Source: Candidatus Thorarchaeota archaeon
GTDB lineage: Archaea > Asgardarchaeota > Thorarchaeia > Thorarchaeales > Thorarchaeaceae
Direction: 5' to 3'
Length of the DNA: 26,797 bases
NCBI GenBank assembly: GCA_016839605.1
Contig: JAEOTX010000165.1
Coordinates: 1 to 26,797, forward strand
Both the position numbers and the translations under genes were made by a program. A model generated the notes under the pieces. That model searched no databases. It was not told the origin of the DNA and saw only the letters and a list, made by a program, of their open reading frames with translations. Shown piece by piece: positions 1 through 8,341 of this stretch. The stretch's first letter is position 1. Each line of letters starts with the position of its first letter.

Positions 1-2
1 CT

Positions 3-233
3 GGCGGACATGACATCGGAATCCTCTTGGCTCAGGATGGAGTCTATAGCATTGACAAGGGCTGCAATACTTCCAGCGATATTAAGAGTCTTGGAGTCCC
101 TGTATTCGCAATAAAGCATCATGTAGAAGAACGCGGCCTGGGAGACCGTTTGGCTGTTAATGCCAAGTTAATCGAATATGATGGCGCTGTCGACCTAATA
201 ATGGAAAAGTACGACAAAGTAATCTCACTATGA
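3..233 (+). CDS. TusB/DsrH-like (DsrE/F/H superfamily) sulfur-relay protein, 5' truncated by the window edge
   Basis: The frame is open from position 3 (GGHDIGILLAQDGVY...). The LLxQDGVY motif, the 'HVEERGL' segment and the C-terminal 'IEYDGAVDLIMEKYDKVISL' are typical of DsrH/TusB-like proteins. DsrE and TusA lie nearby. Confidence 0.7.
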   Translation, partial: GGHDIGILLAQDGVYSIDKGCNTSSDIKSLGVPVFAIKHHVEERGLGDRLAVNAKLIEYDGAVDLIMEKYDKVISL

Positions 234-353
234 GCCAGTCTGACTCGCTGACTCACATTCTCTGGCTGCAGACACACTCTATATACACAAATCGAGGTCT
301 CTGCAAATGTTGAAAAAGGAGCAGCACAATATTTGAAGACCAGGTGTTCAATC

Positions 354-644
354 ATGGCGTGGAAGAAACACTCAAAGAAGATTTCGGACCTCAAGGACTC
401 CAATACTCAGATTGACATGACGGTTAGAGAGCGTCTAGAAGAGATGGCGAAAGAGCTCACTGATCAAGATGTCGCCGTGAGTCTGGAGTTTCTTAAGGAG
501 CACCTTCATCTCCAGAAGGAAGATGATGACGCAGTAGATGAGCTCAAGTTTCATCTGAGATTAATGGATGATTTCCATTATAGCGTGATAGCGGATGATA
601 CCGATCAGTCGATATACATCTATTTCACGAAAAGCAGAGAGTGA
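354..644 (+). CDS. hypothetical protein (acidic, about 96 aa)
   Basis: ORF 333..644. ATG at 354 is preceded by the SD-like CAGGTG. Composition is protein-like; no family recognised. Confidence 0.65.
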   Translation: MAWKKHSKKISDLKDSNTQIDMTVRERLEEMAKELTDQDVAVSLEFLKEHLHLQKEDDDAVDELKFHLRLMDDFHYSVIADDTDQSIYIYFTKSRE

Positions 645-675
645 AGAAAACTTCCGTAAGTGAAGAAAACGCATT

Positions 676-708
676 GGAGAGAACAGGAGTGAATCCTGAG
701 TTCTCTCC
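676..708. terminator. stem-loop between convergent genes, possible bidirectional terminator
   Basis: GGAGAGAAC-AGGA-gtgaa-TCCT-ga-GTTCTCTCC lies between the convergent stops at 644 and 720. On the minus strand it is followed by TTTTCTT tracts. Confidence 0.5.
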
Positions 709-719
709 GTTTGCTAGTT

Positions 720-1082
720 TTAGAAGAACATGACTCTGTCATGCTTTAGGGTGTCGTCGATCATTGTGGCTGCGCCAGCAATCTCGATATCCTGGTTTCT
801 GAGGTCTTCCTGCTTGATTCCTCGGAACTCAACGGAGTTTGAACACACCTGGATCTTGCCACCAGCTTCTTGGAATGCGTCAATCAAATCCGGGAGTGGC
901 GGAAAGCCTGGGGCCTTCACCTTCTCAGCTGCACCCTTCTTCATAAGGTAGACTGCATCCATCATCAAGAATATGTTTGTATCAACATCCTGAGCTTGAG
1001 CAGTCGTACCTGTCACAAATGGACCGTAACAACGTTCAGCTGCTTCGGGTCCCCACTGACCAATAATGTATAGACTTGCCAT
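720..1082 (-). CDS. DsrE family sulfur-relay protein
   Basis: 'ERCYGPF', 'IFLMMDAVYL' and 'GGKIQVCSNSVEFRG' (conserved DsrE Cys), ending in 'AGAATMIDDTLKHDRVMFF'. SD GGAG upstream. Confidence 0.85.
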   Translation of the reverse strand: MASLYIIGQWGPEAAERCYGPFVTGTTAQAQDVDTNIFLMMDAVYLMKKGAAEKVKAPGFPPLPDLIDAFQEAGGKIQVCSNSVEFRGIKQEDLRNQDIEIAGAATMIDDTLKHDRVMFF

Positions 1083-1098
1083 ATTGTAATCATCTCCA

Positions 1099-1494
1099 TT
1101 ACAGAATTGCTAGTTCAGCGTAGTACAGGACTAGTGCCAAGGACAGGAACGTAGTCACAATCAGATTCGTGATGTGTGAGCTGTGCATTGGTGCACCCTG
1201 CATCGTCTTCATCAGAATTGGAACAATCTGTAAGAACTCCATCAAGAATCCAAGAAGGAAAAAGATGAAGTCTGCGATTAGTAGTAATTGCACCAAGTCC
1301 ATGAACCCAAGTGAGAACGTTGGGGCAAAGAGGCCCACAAGCAGAGTCACAAGACTCAACATCATCCCCAGCATGAGCATCATGACCTGTGGCATCAAAA
1401 TATATCCCATTCTCCTTGCTGCAAAGAATCCGCTGAACATTGTCGCGAATCCCAAGGCGAAGAGAACGAATAGTAATAGTTGAAACACTGCCAT
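1099..1494 (-). CDS. 4-TM membrane protein of unknown function, probably co-transcribed with the DsrE gene
   Basis: Four hydrophobic segments; 16-nt gap to the DsrE start on the same strand. Confidence 0.7.
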   Translation of the reverse strand: MAVFQLLLFVLFALGFATMFSGFFAARRMGYILMPQVMMLMLGMMLSLVTLLVGLFAPTFSLGFMDLVQLLLIADFIFFLLGFLMEFLQIVPILMKTMQGAPMHSSHITNLIVTTFLSLALVLYYAELAIL

Positions 1495-1650
1495 AATAGT
1501 TCACCCAAGTTGCAGTTTCGGGAATTTCTTCCATTGATAAGGATGTCGGAAATGGTACAAAAAGCGACCTTCGAATGTGCGTTATCGCACAATCGTGGAA
1601 TCGTAAGCCTTTAAACCGTAACTTACTGAGCCCGCTCGTAGGTTTTGAAC

Positions 1651-1887
1651 ATGACCCACGACGTAGCGCGAACATTTGATGCTTCTGGTATGAGGTGCCC
1701 AATGCCCATACTCAAAACGAAGAAAGAAATTGGTCAAGTTGAAATTGGCCAGATCCTCCAAGTCATCGCAACAGACATCGGGACCAAGAAGGACTTCCCC
1801 GCTTTTGCAGCAAGGACAGGTCACGAGATTGTCGAACTAGTTGAAGAGGGCGACAGGCTCGTCTGGTATCTCCGACGTACTAAGTAA
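1651..1887 (+). CDS. tusA: sulfurtransferase TusA/SirA family
   Basis: FDASGMRCPMPILKTKK contains the CPxP motif, followed by 'GQILQVIATDIGTKKDFPAFAARTGHE'; about 78 aa. Confidence 0.92.
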   Translation: MTHDVARTFDASGMRCPMPILKTKKEIGQVEIGQILQVIATDIGTKKDFPAFAARTGHEIVELVEEGDRLVWYLRRTK

Positions 1888-1904
1888 TGTCTTCTCAAGA
1901 AAGG

Positions 1905-2312
1905 TTATGCCTTCTTTCCTGGGACGATTAGAATTTGTCCTAGCATATCACCCTTCATGACAGAGGCTTTTAGTCTCGACTGAAACATGGCCATGTTGGC
2001 AACTCGTTCTTCAGTATATGATTTGTATTCGAGGGCCCCCACACAGGATATGTGTCCCATTCCATTTGCTCCATAGAATGATTGAAGCACCATACCATAT
2101 GCTGGAATTCTGATTGGTCGTATTGGAACTATTCGTGTTTCCCCCTCGGCAAACGGGACTTTCTCGTTAGCCACAACGGGAGCCAATCTAGCTTTCCCCC
2201 AATCCACCGCTATTTCGACTTCTTCCAGACCCTCTACTGCAGATCTGATTCTGTCCATTCCCATATCTGCGAGGTCCTGTCTACAGCTAATGACATAGAT
2301 CTTTTCTGACAA
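1905..2312 (-). CDS. DUF22-like archaeal protein
   Basis: 'PVVANEKVPFAEGETRIVPIRPIRIP...GH...EER...VMKGDMLGQI' resembles the archaeal DUF22 pattern. TTG start with SD AGGAG. Confidence 0.65.
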   Translation of the reverse strand: MSEKIYVISCRQDLADMGMDRIRSAVEGLEEVEIAVDWGKARLAPVVANEKVPFAEGETRIVPIRPIRIPAYGMVLQSFYGANGMGHISCVGALEYKSYTEERVANMAMFQSRLKASVMKGDMLGQILIVPGKKA

Positions 2313-2510
2313 ATTGAGTTCTCCTTTCTACCCATTAAGATGCATATGGTCTATTGAACTCGCTGGCTAAAAAGCTTAAGTAGTTTTCGAATCATGATTC
2401 ATTATTGAGTAGACAGCCGCAAGTGATCAATTTTCCACAAGCTAGTCGTTTGCCGGATTTCTAGGAATCCTATTTATGTTGGTCTTTAGTTATAGCGATG
2501 AGTGAGAACT

Positions 2511-3341
2511 ATGGATACCGCTGAGATAATGGAGATTGCACTTGAGATGGCTGAATTAGATGAGATTCCTGGGGACTCAGCCATCCATGTGCCTGGGAAG
2601 GACATCAAGCGCGTACTGATAGGCATAGACATGTGGACCTCGGAACTGCTTCTTGCTAGAGAGCTGAATTATGACCTGGTCATCGCGCATCATCCTCCTG
2701 GAGGTGTCGCTAGAATAAACTTCGATCAAGTGGTCTTAAGACAGATCCAGCAAATGACAGAGGCAGGCATACCTCCGCACCTTGCTGAGAAGGCTCTAAA
2801 GCCGCGTCTGGATGTCACGAGAGCGAATATACATACAAGCAACTACGACAGATTTGTGTCTGCAGCCCGCTTGATGGAGATGCCTTTCATGAATATTCAT
2901 CTCCCCTTGGACATAATCTGTAGACGACGGTTCATCAAAGCGGTTGAGGACGGAACAAAGAAAGTAACAGAGCCTCTTGTTCAGCATGCTATTGATGCAA
3001 TGAACCAGATACCTGAGATGAAGATGGGTATGACTGAACCTATGGTTCACGTTGGTTCGGCCAAGAATCTACTTGGCAAGTGGATTGTGGCAATGGCTGG
3101 AGGAACAAATGGAGGGGCTGGAGTTGCAAAGGCATACTTTGATGCAGGATATTCAACAGTGATCTACATGCATCTCGGTACTGCCGACAAGAAGGAGCTT
3201 GCTCAATACGATAATGCAGGCAATTTGGTGGCAACAGGGCACATCGCATCAGACTCAGTTGGCATTGCACCTTTTGTTAAAGAGCTACGTGAGAGGGGCC
3301 TCGAAGTAACACCGATGAGTGGAGTTTTTGTCCCTGAATGA
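2511..3341 (+). CDS. NIF3 (YbgI/SbnA-unrelated, GTP cyclohydrolase 1 type 2 homolog)-like dinuclear metal protein
   Basis: 'IKRVLIGID', 'YDLVIAHHP', 'NIHLPLD' and 'VATGHIASD' give the NIF3 metal-ligand pattern. Confidence 0.75.
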   Translation: MDTAEIMEIALEMAELDEIPGDSAIHVPGKDIKRVLIGIDMWTSELLLARELNYDLVIAHHPPGGVARINFDQVVLRQIQQMTEAGIPPHLAEKALKPRLDVTRANIHTSNYDRFVSAARLMEMPFMNIHLPLDIICRRRFIKAVEDGTKKVTEPLVQHAIDAMNQIPEMKMGMTEPMVHVGSAKNLLGKWIVAMAGGTNGGAGVAKAYFDAGYSTVIYMHLGTADKKELAQYDNAGNLVATGHIASDSVGIAPFVKELRERGLEVTPMSGVFVPE

Positions 3342-3357
3342 GGAAACGGATACTCAG

Positions 3358-4254
3358 TCATAAGCCCCTCAGATAGCCAGGACGAAGTGACTTTTCGTCA
3401 CCCATGTCTAGCACTGACTCAATGACCTGTATAATCTTCTCCCTATCTCTGTTCAGAGTGCCCCCAATTGGCAAGTAATTTGATGCGTGATTTGTCCGAA
3501 ACACACACTCACTAAGATGCAGCTGCTCAACAAGTTTCTTCAGTTCGTTTAGAATCTCGAAAGGATCCATGGGTGTGAATTCATTCCGCTCGGTCATCTC
3601 AAAGAGTGGTGTCCCTGGAGGGATCATCAGAGTCAAAGCTCCAATATATTCAGGGTCTATCTTGTTCAAGGCTTCAGCTGTGAGTCTGGCATGTCTGTCC
3701 GAATTTTCCAGACCTCCCAATCCGAGGATAATTGTTAGAGAGAGAGGTATCTCCGCGTTCCCTATTTTCAAACAAGCCTCAACATTCTCGTCTGTCGTGA
3801 CACCTTTTCGGGACCATCGAAGCAAATCGTCATCGCCAGTTTCCAAACCAAGATATATAATTCCTAGACCCGACTTCTTCATTGTCTTAAGATCATCTAC
3901 CGATTTGTCACGAACATCCTTGGCATAACCGTAGGTTCCAACTCGCTCCAACTGTGGCAGCTCTGAATATAGCAAATCAAGGACGTTGTTCAAGTCCTCA
4001 GTATTCATGGCTAACGCATTGCCATCCGCTAGAAAGACTCTTTTCACACGGTTTCTAGTATGATGATCTAATGACTCCAGGTCTTTTCTGATTCCTAGAA
4101 CACCTCTGACTTTGTACTTCTTTTGCTTATAGGATACACAGAATGTGCATGCATTGTGAGAGCAGCCTACTGTAGCTTGAAGTATCAGACTCCGTGCTTC
4201 ACTAGGCGGTCTCCAAATCGAGCCTTCGTATTCTATCACAAGTAGCCACGACAC
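3358..4254 (-). CDS. radical SAM protein
   Basis: CxxxCxxC motif GCSHNACTFC, plus 'VFLADGNAL', 'IYLGLETG', 'PPGTPL' and 'FRTNHASNYLPI'. Confidence 0.9.
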   Translation of the reverse strand: MSWLLVIEYEGSIWRPPSEARSLILQATVGCSHNACTFCVSYKQKKYKVRGVLGIRKDLESLDHHTRNRVKRVFLADGNALAMNTEDLNNVLDLLYSELPQLERVGTYGYAKDVRDKSVDDLKTMKKSGLGIIYLGLETGDDDLLRWSRKGVTTDENVEACLKIGNAEIPLSLTIILGLGGLENSDRHARLTAEALNKIDPEYIGALTLMIPPGTPLFEMTERNEFTPMDPFEILNELKKLVEQLHLSECVFRTNHASNYLPIGGTLNRDREKIIQVIESVLDMGDEKSLRPGYLRGL

Positions 4255-4553
4255 TATTTAGGAGTAATAGCGCCTCTAGTTGTTACATTCGAATAAATCT
4301 TGTTCATAAGCCAAATCGAGGATAGTAAACCGGACACCCAGAGATAGGGTGCCATCTGAGCTCCTACATCGATGTGGAGTGCTGGAGCAGAGCCGCTGAC
4401 ACAACAGTAGAAGAAAATCGTCACCATCCAAGAGAGAGCGAGTAATATAGAGAGGATGTTCTTCCAAAGTCCAACTTCTTCCACAATCACTTCTTCTTTC
4501 TCTTCATGTGTGTCCCATTGATAATGCTCCATTTCCTGCATTATAGTCCACAC
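4254..4553 (-). CDS. small 2-TM membrane protein (paralogue A)
   Basis: Acidic N-terminus followed by two hydrophobic helices. The stop overlaps the radical SAM start. Ungapped similarity to 4658..4960. Start codon uncertain. Confidence 0.65.
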   Translation of the reverse strand: MWTIMQEMEHYQWDTHEEKEEVIVEEVGLWKNILSILLALSWMVTIFFYCCVSGSAPALHIDVGAQMAPYLWVSGLLSSIWLMNKIYSNVTTRGAITPK

Positions 4554-4657
4554 CTATGATATATCATCCATATACCAGTTGCTTCACTTAATAGGCTGTA
4601 TTTTCAGCGCAATCTAATGTAAATATCAAAACGCGAGGGCCGGGAAATATGGAGGGA

Positions 4658-4960
4658 CTAGGAGCGACTCTTGTATATTTTGAATTTCCTGTAGATCCAG
4701 AATATAGTGATAGCAATAGCTGCTATCAGATATGGAGAGAACTGGGCTAAGACATCAATATTGAATGACAATGATGCCCAAGAGATTTGGATTCCGAAAT
4801 AGATTGTGATGAACCAGGTTATGACTAGAAGGCCTGTGCAGACATCCATAGATTCTCCTTGCTTAGGAGATTCTCCTCTTTCTCGAGGATGATAGCTTGG
4901 TTCTGTCACTATTCCATTTCCTCCTTCTGGTTGGTTGCCCACTATTCCATCAAAGGACAC
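4658..4960 (-). CDS. small 2-TM membrane protein (paralogue B)
   Basis: Polar N-terminus and two TM helices; shares WxxTIxF...IDVxAQxxPYL...W with 4254..4553. Confidence 0.65.
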   Translation of the reverse strand: MSFDGIVGNQPEGGNGIVTEPSYHPRERGESPKQGESMDVCTGLLVITWFITIYFGIQISWASLSFNIDVLAQFSPYLIAAIAITIFWIYRKFKIYKSRS

Positions 4961-5069
4961 TAAAGGGATGTTCGCTCTGAGAATTAGCTACTCTGACCGA
5001 TTTTAGCAATACTCATCTTCATAGCGCTCCTTATGATATCTCGAATATCACAATTGCGAGGAACTCAAT

Positions 5070-5612
5070 TTGTCAGTGCCAGCTTACAAAGTACTTCTTG
5101 TGGGAGATGCAAACGTAGGGAAATCTTCCTTGATTCGAAGAATGTTGCTTGGTGAGTTTGACCCTGACTATACTGCAACGGTTGGTGTAGATTTAAGTGC
5201 CATAGCTATCAATGTCGATCCCATAACTCCTGTGATATTGACAGCAATTGACTTGGGAGGACAAGAGGACTTCAGTATGCTAAGAACGCAATATTACAAA
5301 GGCGCTCACTATGCAATGCTAGTGTATGATATCACCAATCGAGTGTCATTTACGAACATACCTGATTGGATTGAGGGTTTGATGATCAATGTGATCTCGA
5401 GAGATAGGAAGGGATTTCCATGCATGCTTGTGGCCAACAAGGTAGACAGAATTGATGCCAGGGCAGTGACATCTGCGGAGGGCAGAATCTTAGCCGATGA
5501 ACGAGGACTGCCTTTCTATGAAGCAAGCGCGAAGACTGGCGAAAGAGTGGATGAGATGTTCACGAGAATAGCAAAGCATCTCTTTGCATTGTATCCGCCG
5601 ATTAGAAAATAG
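5070..5612 (+). CDS. Rab-like small GTPase (Ras superfamily)
   Basis: G1 GDANVGKS, G2 YTATVGVD, G3 DLGGQ, Rab-like YYKGA and LVYDIT, G4 NKVD, G5 EASAK. No C-terminal prenylation Cys. Confidence 0.93.
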   Translation: MSVPAYKVLLVGDANVGKSSLIRRMLLGEFDPDYTATVGVDLSAIAINVDPITPVILTAIDLGGQEDFSMLRTQYYKGAHYAMLVYDITNRVSFTNIPDWIEGLMINVISRDRKGFPCMLVANKVDRIDARAVTSAEGRILADERGLPFYEASAKTGERVDEMFTRIAKHLFALYPPIRK

Positions 5613-5770
5613 TCGTTATTATCTACTCTACAGGTGCAGAATAGGAATTCAGAGAACTAAGGAAGTTAGAACCCTTCTGTTCACAAGATTAAAGAAGTCG
5701 TAACTCTGGCATATTCGGGCTGTTATAGCTGACTAGAATTTGCTAGTTCGCCCGCAGGAAGGAATTTCTA

Positions 5771-7228
5771 ATGACTGATGCGCCCGTACTTAAGAATTAC
5801 ATCGATGGAGAATGGGTTGAGTCCAACTCCAATGAGATTAGAGAAGTGTTGAATCCCGCGACTACTGAAGTCATTGCCAAGGTTCCAATGAGTACAGTCG
5901 AGGAAACAGAACTCGCGATCAAAGTGGCTAACAAAGCTTTTGCTAGATGGAGACGAACGATACCCATCACCCGGGCTAGGTATTTCTTTGATTTGAAAAC
6001 CGTCATGGAGGAGCGATTCGAAGAACTAGCTAGACAAGTAGTCATTGAGAATGGCAAGACAATTGATGAAGCTCGAGGCGAAATTCGACGCGGAATTGAG
6101 AATGTGGAAGTAGCTACAGGCATCCCTACTCTTATGATGGGCTATAATGCTGAAGACGTTGCGGTTGATATCGACGAAATGGTCATTCGGCAGCCTATGG
6201 GCGTATTCTTCACTTTGGCTCCCTTCAACTTTCCAAGCATGGTCCCACTATGGTTCCTTCCTACGGCAGTAGCATGTGGAAACACCTTCATTCTGAAACC
6301 TTCTCCAATAGCACCAGTGAGTTCTATGAAACTCTTCGAGTTGATTGACGAAATCGGATTTCCCCCCGGAGTGATTAATCTAGTTCATGGAGATGTGGAT
6401 GTGGCAAATGCCCTTCTTGATAGTCCAGGTACAAAGGGTGTATCTTTTGTAGGCTCAACTCCCATTGGGAGAAAAGTCTATGAGAGAGCTGCGGCACATG
6501 GAAAACGAGCTCAGGTGCAAGCAGGTGCGAAAAACTTCTTACTAGTAATGCCTGATGCTGATCTTGAACGCACCGCTTCTGCATTAATGACTTCCTGCTA
6601 TGGTTGCGCTGGTGAAAGATGTCTTGCTGGCGCTGTTATCCTTGCCATGGAAGATATTCATGAATCCTTGGTCAAGATACTTGTAGACAAGGCAAAAATG
6701 ATACGAGTCGGAGATGGACTCAAGGAAGGAGTCCATATGGGACCTGTGATAACAGCCAAGTCCAAAGCTCGAACAATCGATTTCATTGAACGTGCATTGA
6801 AAGAAGGAGCAAATCTCCTACTTGATGGCCGAGAGGTTGAGATTGAAGGCAATCAAGATGGATTCTTCGTGGGTCCGACGATATTCGATGAAGTCACTCC
6901 GAATATGTGCATTGCACAAGAAGAGATCTTTGGACCAGTAATGTCGATTGTGAAAGTAAAGAGCTATGAGGAGGCGTTGGATATCATCCATGCAAATCCT
7001 TTTGGAAATGCTGCGTCCATATTTACTTCCAGCGGCAAGTGGGCAAGAAAATTCAGTTATGAAGTACAAGCAGGAAACATTGGGATCAATATTGGAATAG
7101 CCGCTCCCGTAGCTCACTTCCCCTTCTCTGGAATGAAGGATTCATTCTTTGGAGATCTCCATGGGCAGGGCCAAGATGCGATACGATTCTTCACAGAGGA
7201 CAAGGTTGTTATTACACGATGGTTCTAG
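5771..7228 (+). CDS. mmsA: CoA-acylating (methyl)malonate-semialdehyde dehydrogenase
   Basis: ALDH motifs PFNFP, CGNTFILKPS, SFVGSTP, 'GAKNFLLVMPDA' (the MMSDH-type AKN), catalytic GERC, EEIFGPV, 'FSGMKDSFFGDLHGQG' and the VITRW terminus. Confidence 0.9.
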   Translation: MTDAPVLKNYIDGEWVESNSNEIREVLNPATTEVIAKVPMSTVEETELAIKVANKAFARWRRTIPITRARYFFDLKTVMEERFEELARQVVIENGKTIDEARGEIRRGIENVEVATGIPTLMMGYNAEDVAVDIDEMVIRQPMGVFFTLAPFNFPSMVPLWFLPTAVACGNTFILKPSPIAPVSSMKLFELIDEIGFPPGVINLVHGDVDVANALLDSPGTKGVSFVGSTPIGRKVYERAAAHGKRAQVQAGAKNFLLVMPDADLERTASALMTSCYGCAGERCLAGAVILAMEDIHESLVKILVDKAKMIRVGDGLKEGVHMGPVITAKSKARTIDFIERALKEGANLLLDGREVEIEGNQDGFFVGPTIFDEVTPNMCIAQEEIFGPVMSIVKVKSYEEALDIIHANPFGNAASIFTSSGKWARKFSYEVQAGNIGINIGIAAPVAHFPFSGMKDSFFGDLHGQGQDAIRFFTEDKVVITRWF

Positions 7229-7253
7229 ATGAATTGAGGGGTTAAGAACAGCA

Positions 7254-7688
7254 ATGGATTTGGGAACCACTGGAGCAATTCTTAGTTTTGCTCTTGAGCT
7301 AGAGAAGGAAATTGGTGATTTCTATTCCATGCATCATTCTGGGATGCAAGATACAAGTATCAAGGAACTGTTCGAAACTCTACGAAAAGCTCAGATGAAA
7401 CGGGAACGCATATTGAGTAGATTCAGACGAGAGAATGTAACTGAGATGATTCTTGAGCCAATCCACGGTTTTCAAAGTGAGGAGTTTAAGCTTGGAATCT
7501 CAATGAAAGGTTCTCAAGAGGAAACTAACCCTGTTGAAACGGCAATTAGGATCGAAAATAACTCTCGGGAGTTCTTTCTGAAAGCGTCAGAGAAGACAGC
7601 ATTTCTGCCAGAAGTAAGTGAAGAGTTCAAGAGACTAGCTGATAGAGCAGACAGACATATCGAGCTGCTGAAATCAATAAAACGATAG
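7254..7688 (+). CDS. ferritin/rubrerythrin-like four-helix protein
   Basis: Duplicated pattern 'ALELEKEIGDFY...LFETL' and 'AIRIENNSREFF...FKRLADRADRH'. Confidence 0.65.
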   Translation: MDLGTTGAILSFALELEKEIGDFYSMHHSGMQDTSIKELFETLRKAQMKRERILSRFRRENVTEMILEPIHGFQSEEFKLGISMKGSQEETNPVETAIRIENNSREFFLKASEKTAFLPEVSEEFKRLADRADRHIELLKSIKR

Positions 7689-7773
7689 CAATAAGAGGGT
7701 AGATTTCATTTACTATATTAGAGGAACAACACACGCATTGTTCCAGAAGACATTGTTGACGGAGGTGGCAACA

Positions 7774-8283
7774 GTGTCACAGGCCAGTGAACAACTGAAA
7801 GTTTGCATTCTTGGTGAAGAGGGAGTAGGAAAGCGAACAATACTGGGTTGCTTCAAGGGAGATGAATTGTCAGATGAGATTCTATCTGTTGAGAAGATGG
7901 TGAAGGACTTCTCATCAAAGGACTCAGCGCTTTGCGAAGTGTTGCTGTGGCGCTGGCCTTTTAATAATGGACCTCGCGATATGGAGAGCTATTTCAGTAA
8001 TGCGAAAGGAATCATTCTAGTCTTCGACATATCTAGAGGGAATACGTTTGATACCATTAGTAGGTGGGCAGAGCTTGCTGAGAGTCAAACTTTCGAAGAT
8101 GTTCCGATGGTACTCATCGCCAACAAATCAGACCTCACTCCTGAGGTCGATAGAGATGCCATTCTTGAAGTAGCACTAGCACTTGATGCTCCTTGCTTCA
8201 TGACAAACGCAATGACAGGGGAAAATGTTAGGGAATCAATCGAGACTGTACTGGAGATCATTTGTGAACAAGGCCGTGTATAG
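7774..8283 (+). CDS. degenerate Rab-like small GTPase
   Basis: KVCILGEEGVGKRT, 'YFSNAKGIILVFDIS', 'VLIANKSDL' and 'TNAMTGENV'. No DxxG. GTG at 7774 follows SD GGAGGTG (the ORF track begins at 7738). Confidence 0.8.
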   Translation: MSQASEQLKVCILGEEGVGKRTILGCFKGDELSDEILSVEKMVKDFSSKDSALCEVLLWRWPFNNGPRDMESYFSNAKGIILVFDISRGNTFDTISRWAELAESQTFEDVPMVLIANKSDLTPEVDRDAILEVALALDAPCFMTNAMTGENVRESIETVLEIICEQGRV

Positions 8284-8341
8284 ACCGAGCTCTTTCTTGA
8301 AATTCCGGACACCACACATTGAGTGGGTTTTCTAGAACTGA

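Noticed and set aside
640-720. Hairpin as a SECIS element, with Sec recoding in DsrE, TusA or thioredoxin
   Set aside because: None of these genes has an in-frame TGA at a catalytic position (all use Cys). The nearby TGA stops fall at plausible C-termini, and no clear AUGA/GA SECIS core was seen.
1115-1824. Alternative ORFs 1115..1702, 1582..1824 (Cys-rich) and 1169..1483
   Set aside because: They overlap the better-supported tusA and 4-TM genes and have no motifs; shadow ORFs.
8255-8283. C-terminal Cys of the degenerate GTPase as a prenylation signal
   Set aside because: The Cys is sixth from the end (CEQGRV) and does not fit CaaX, CC or CxC.
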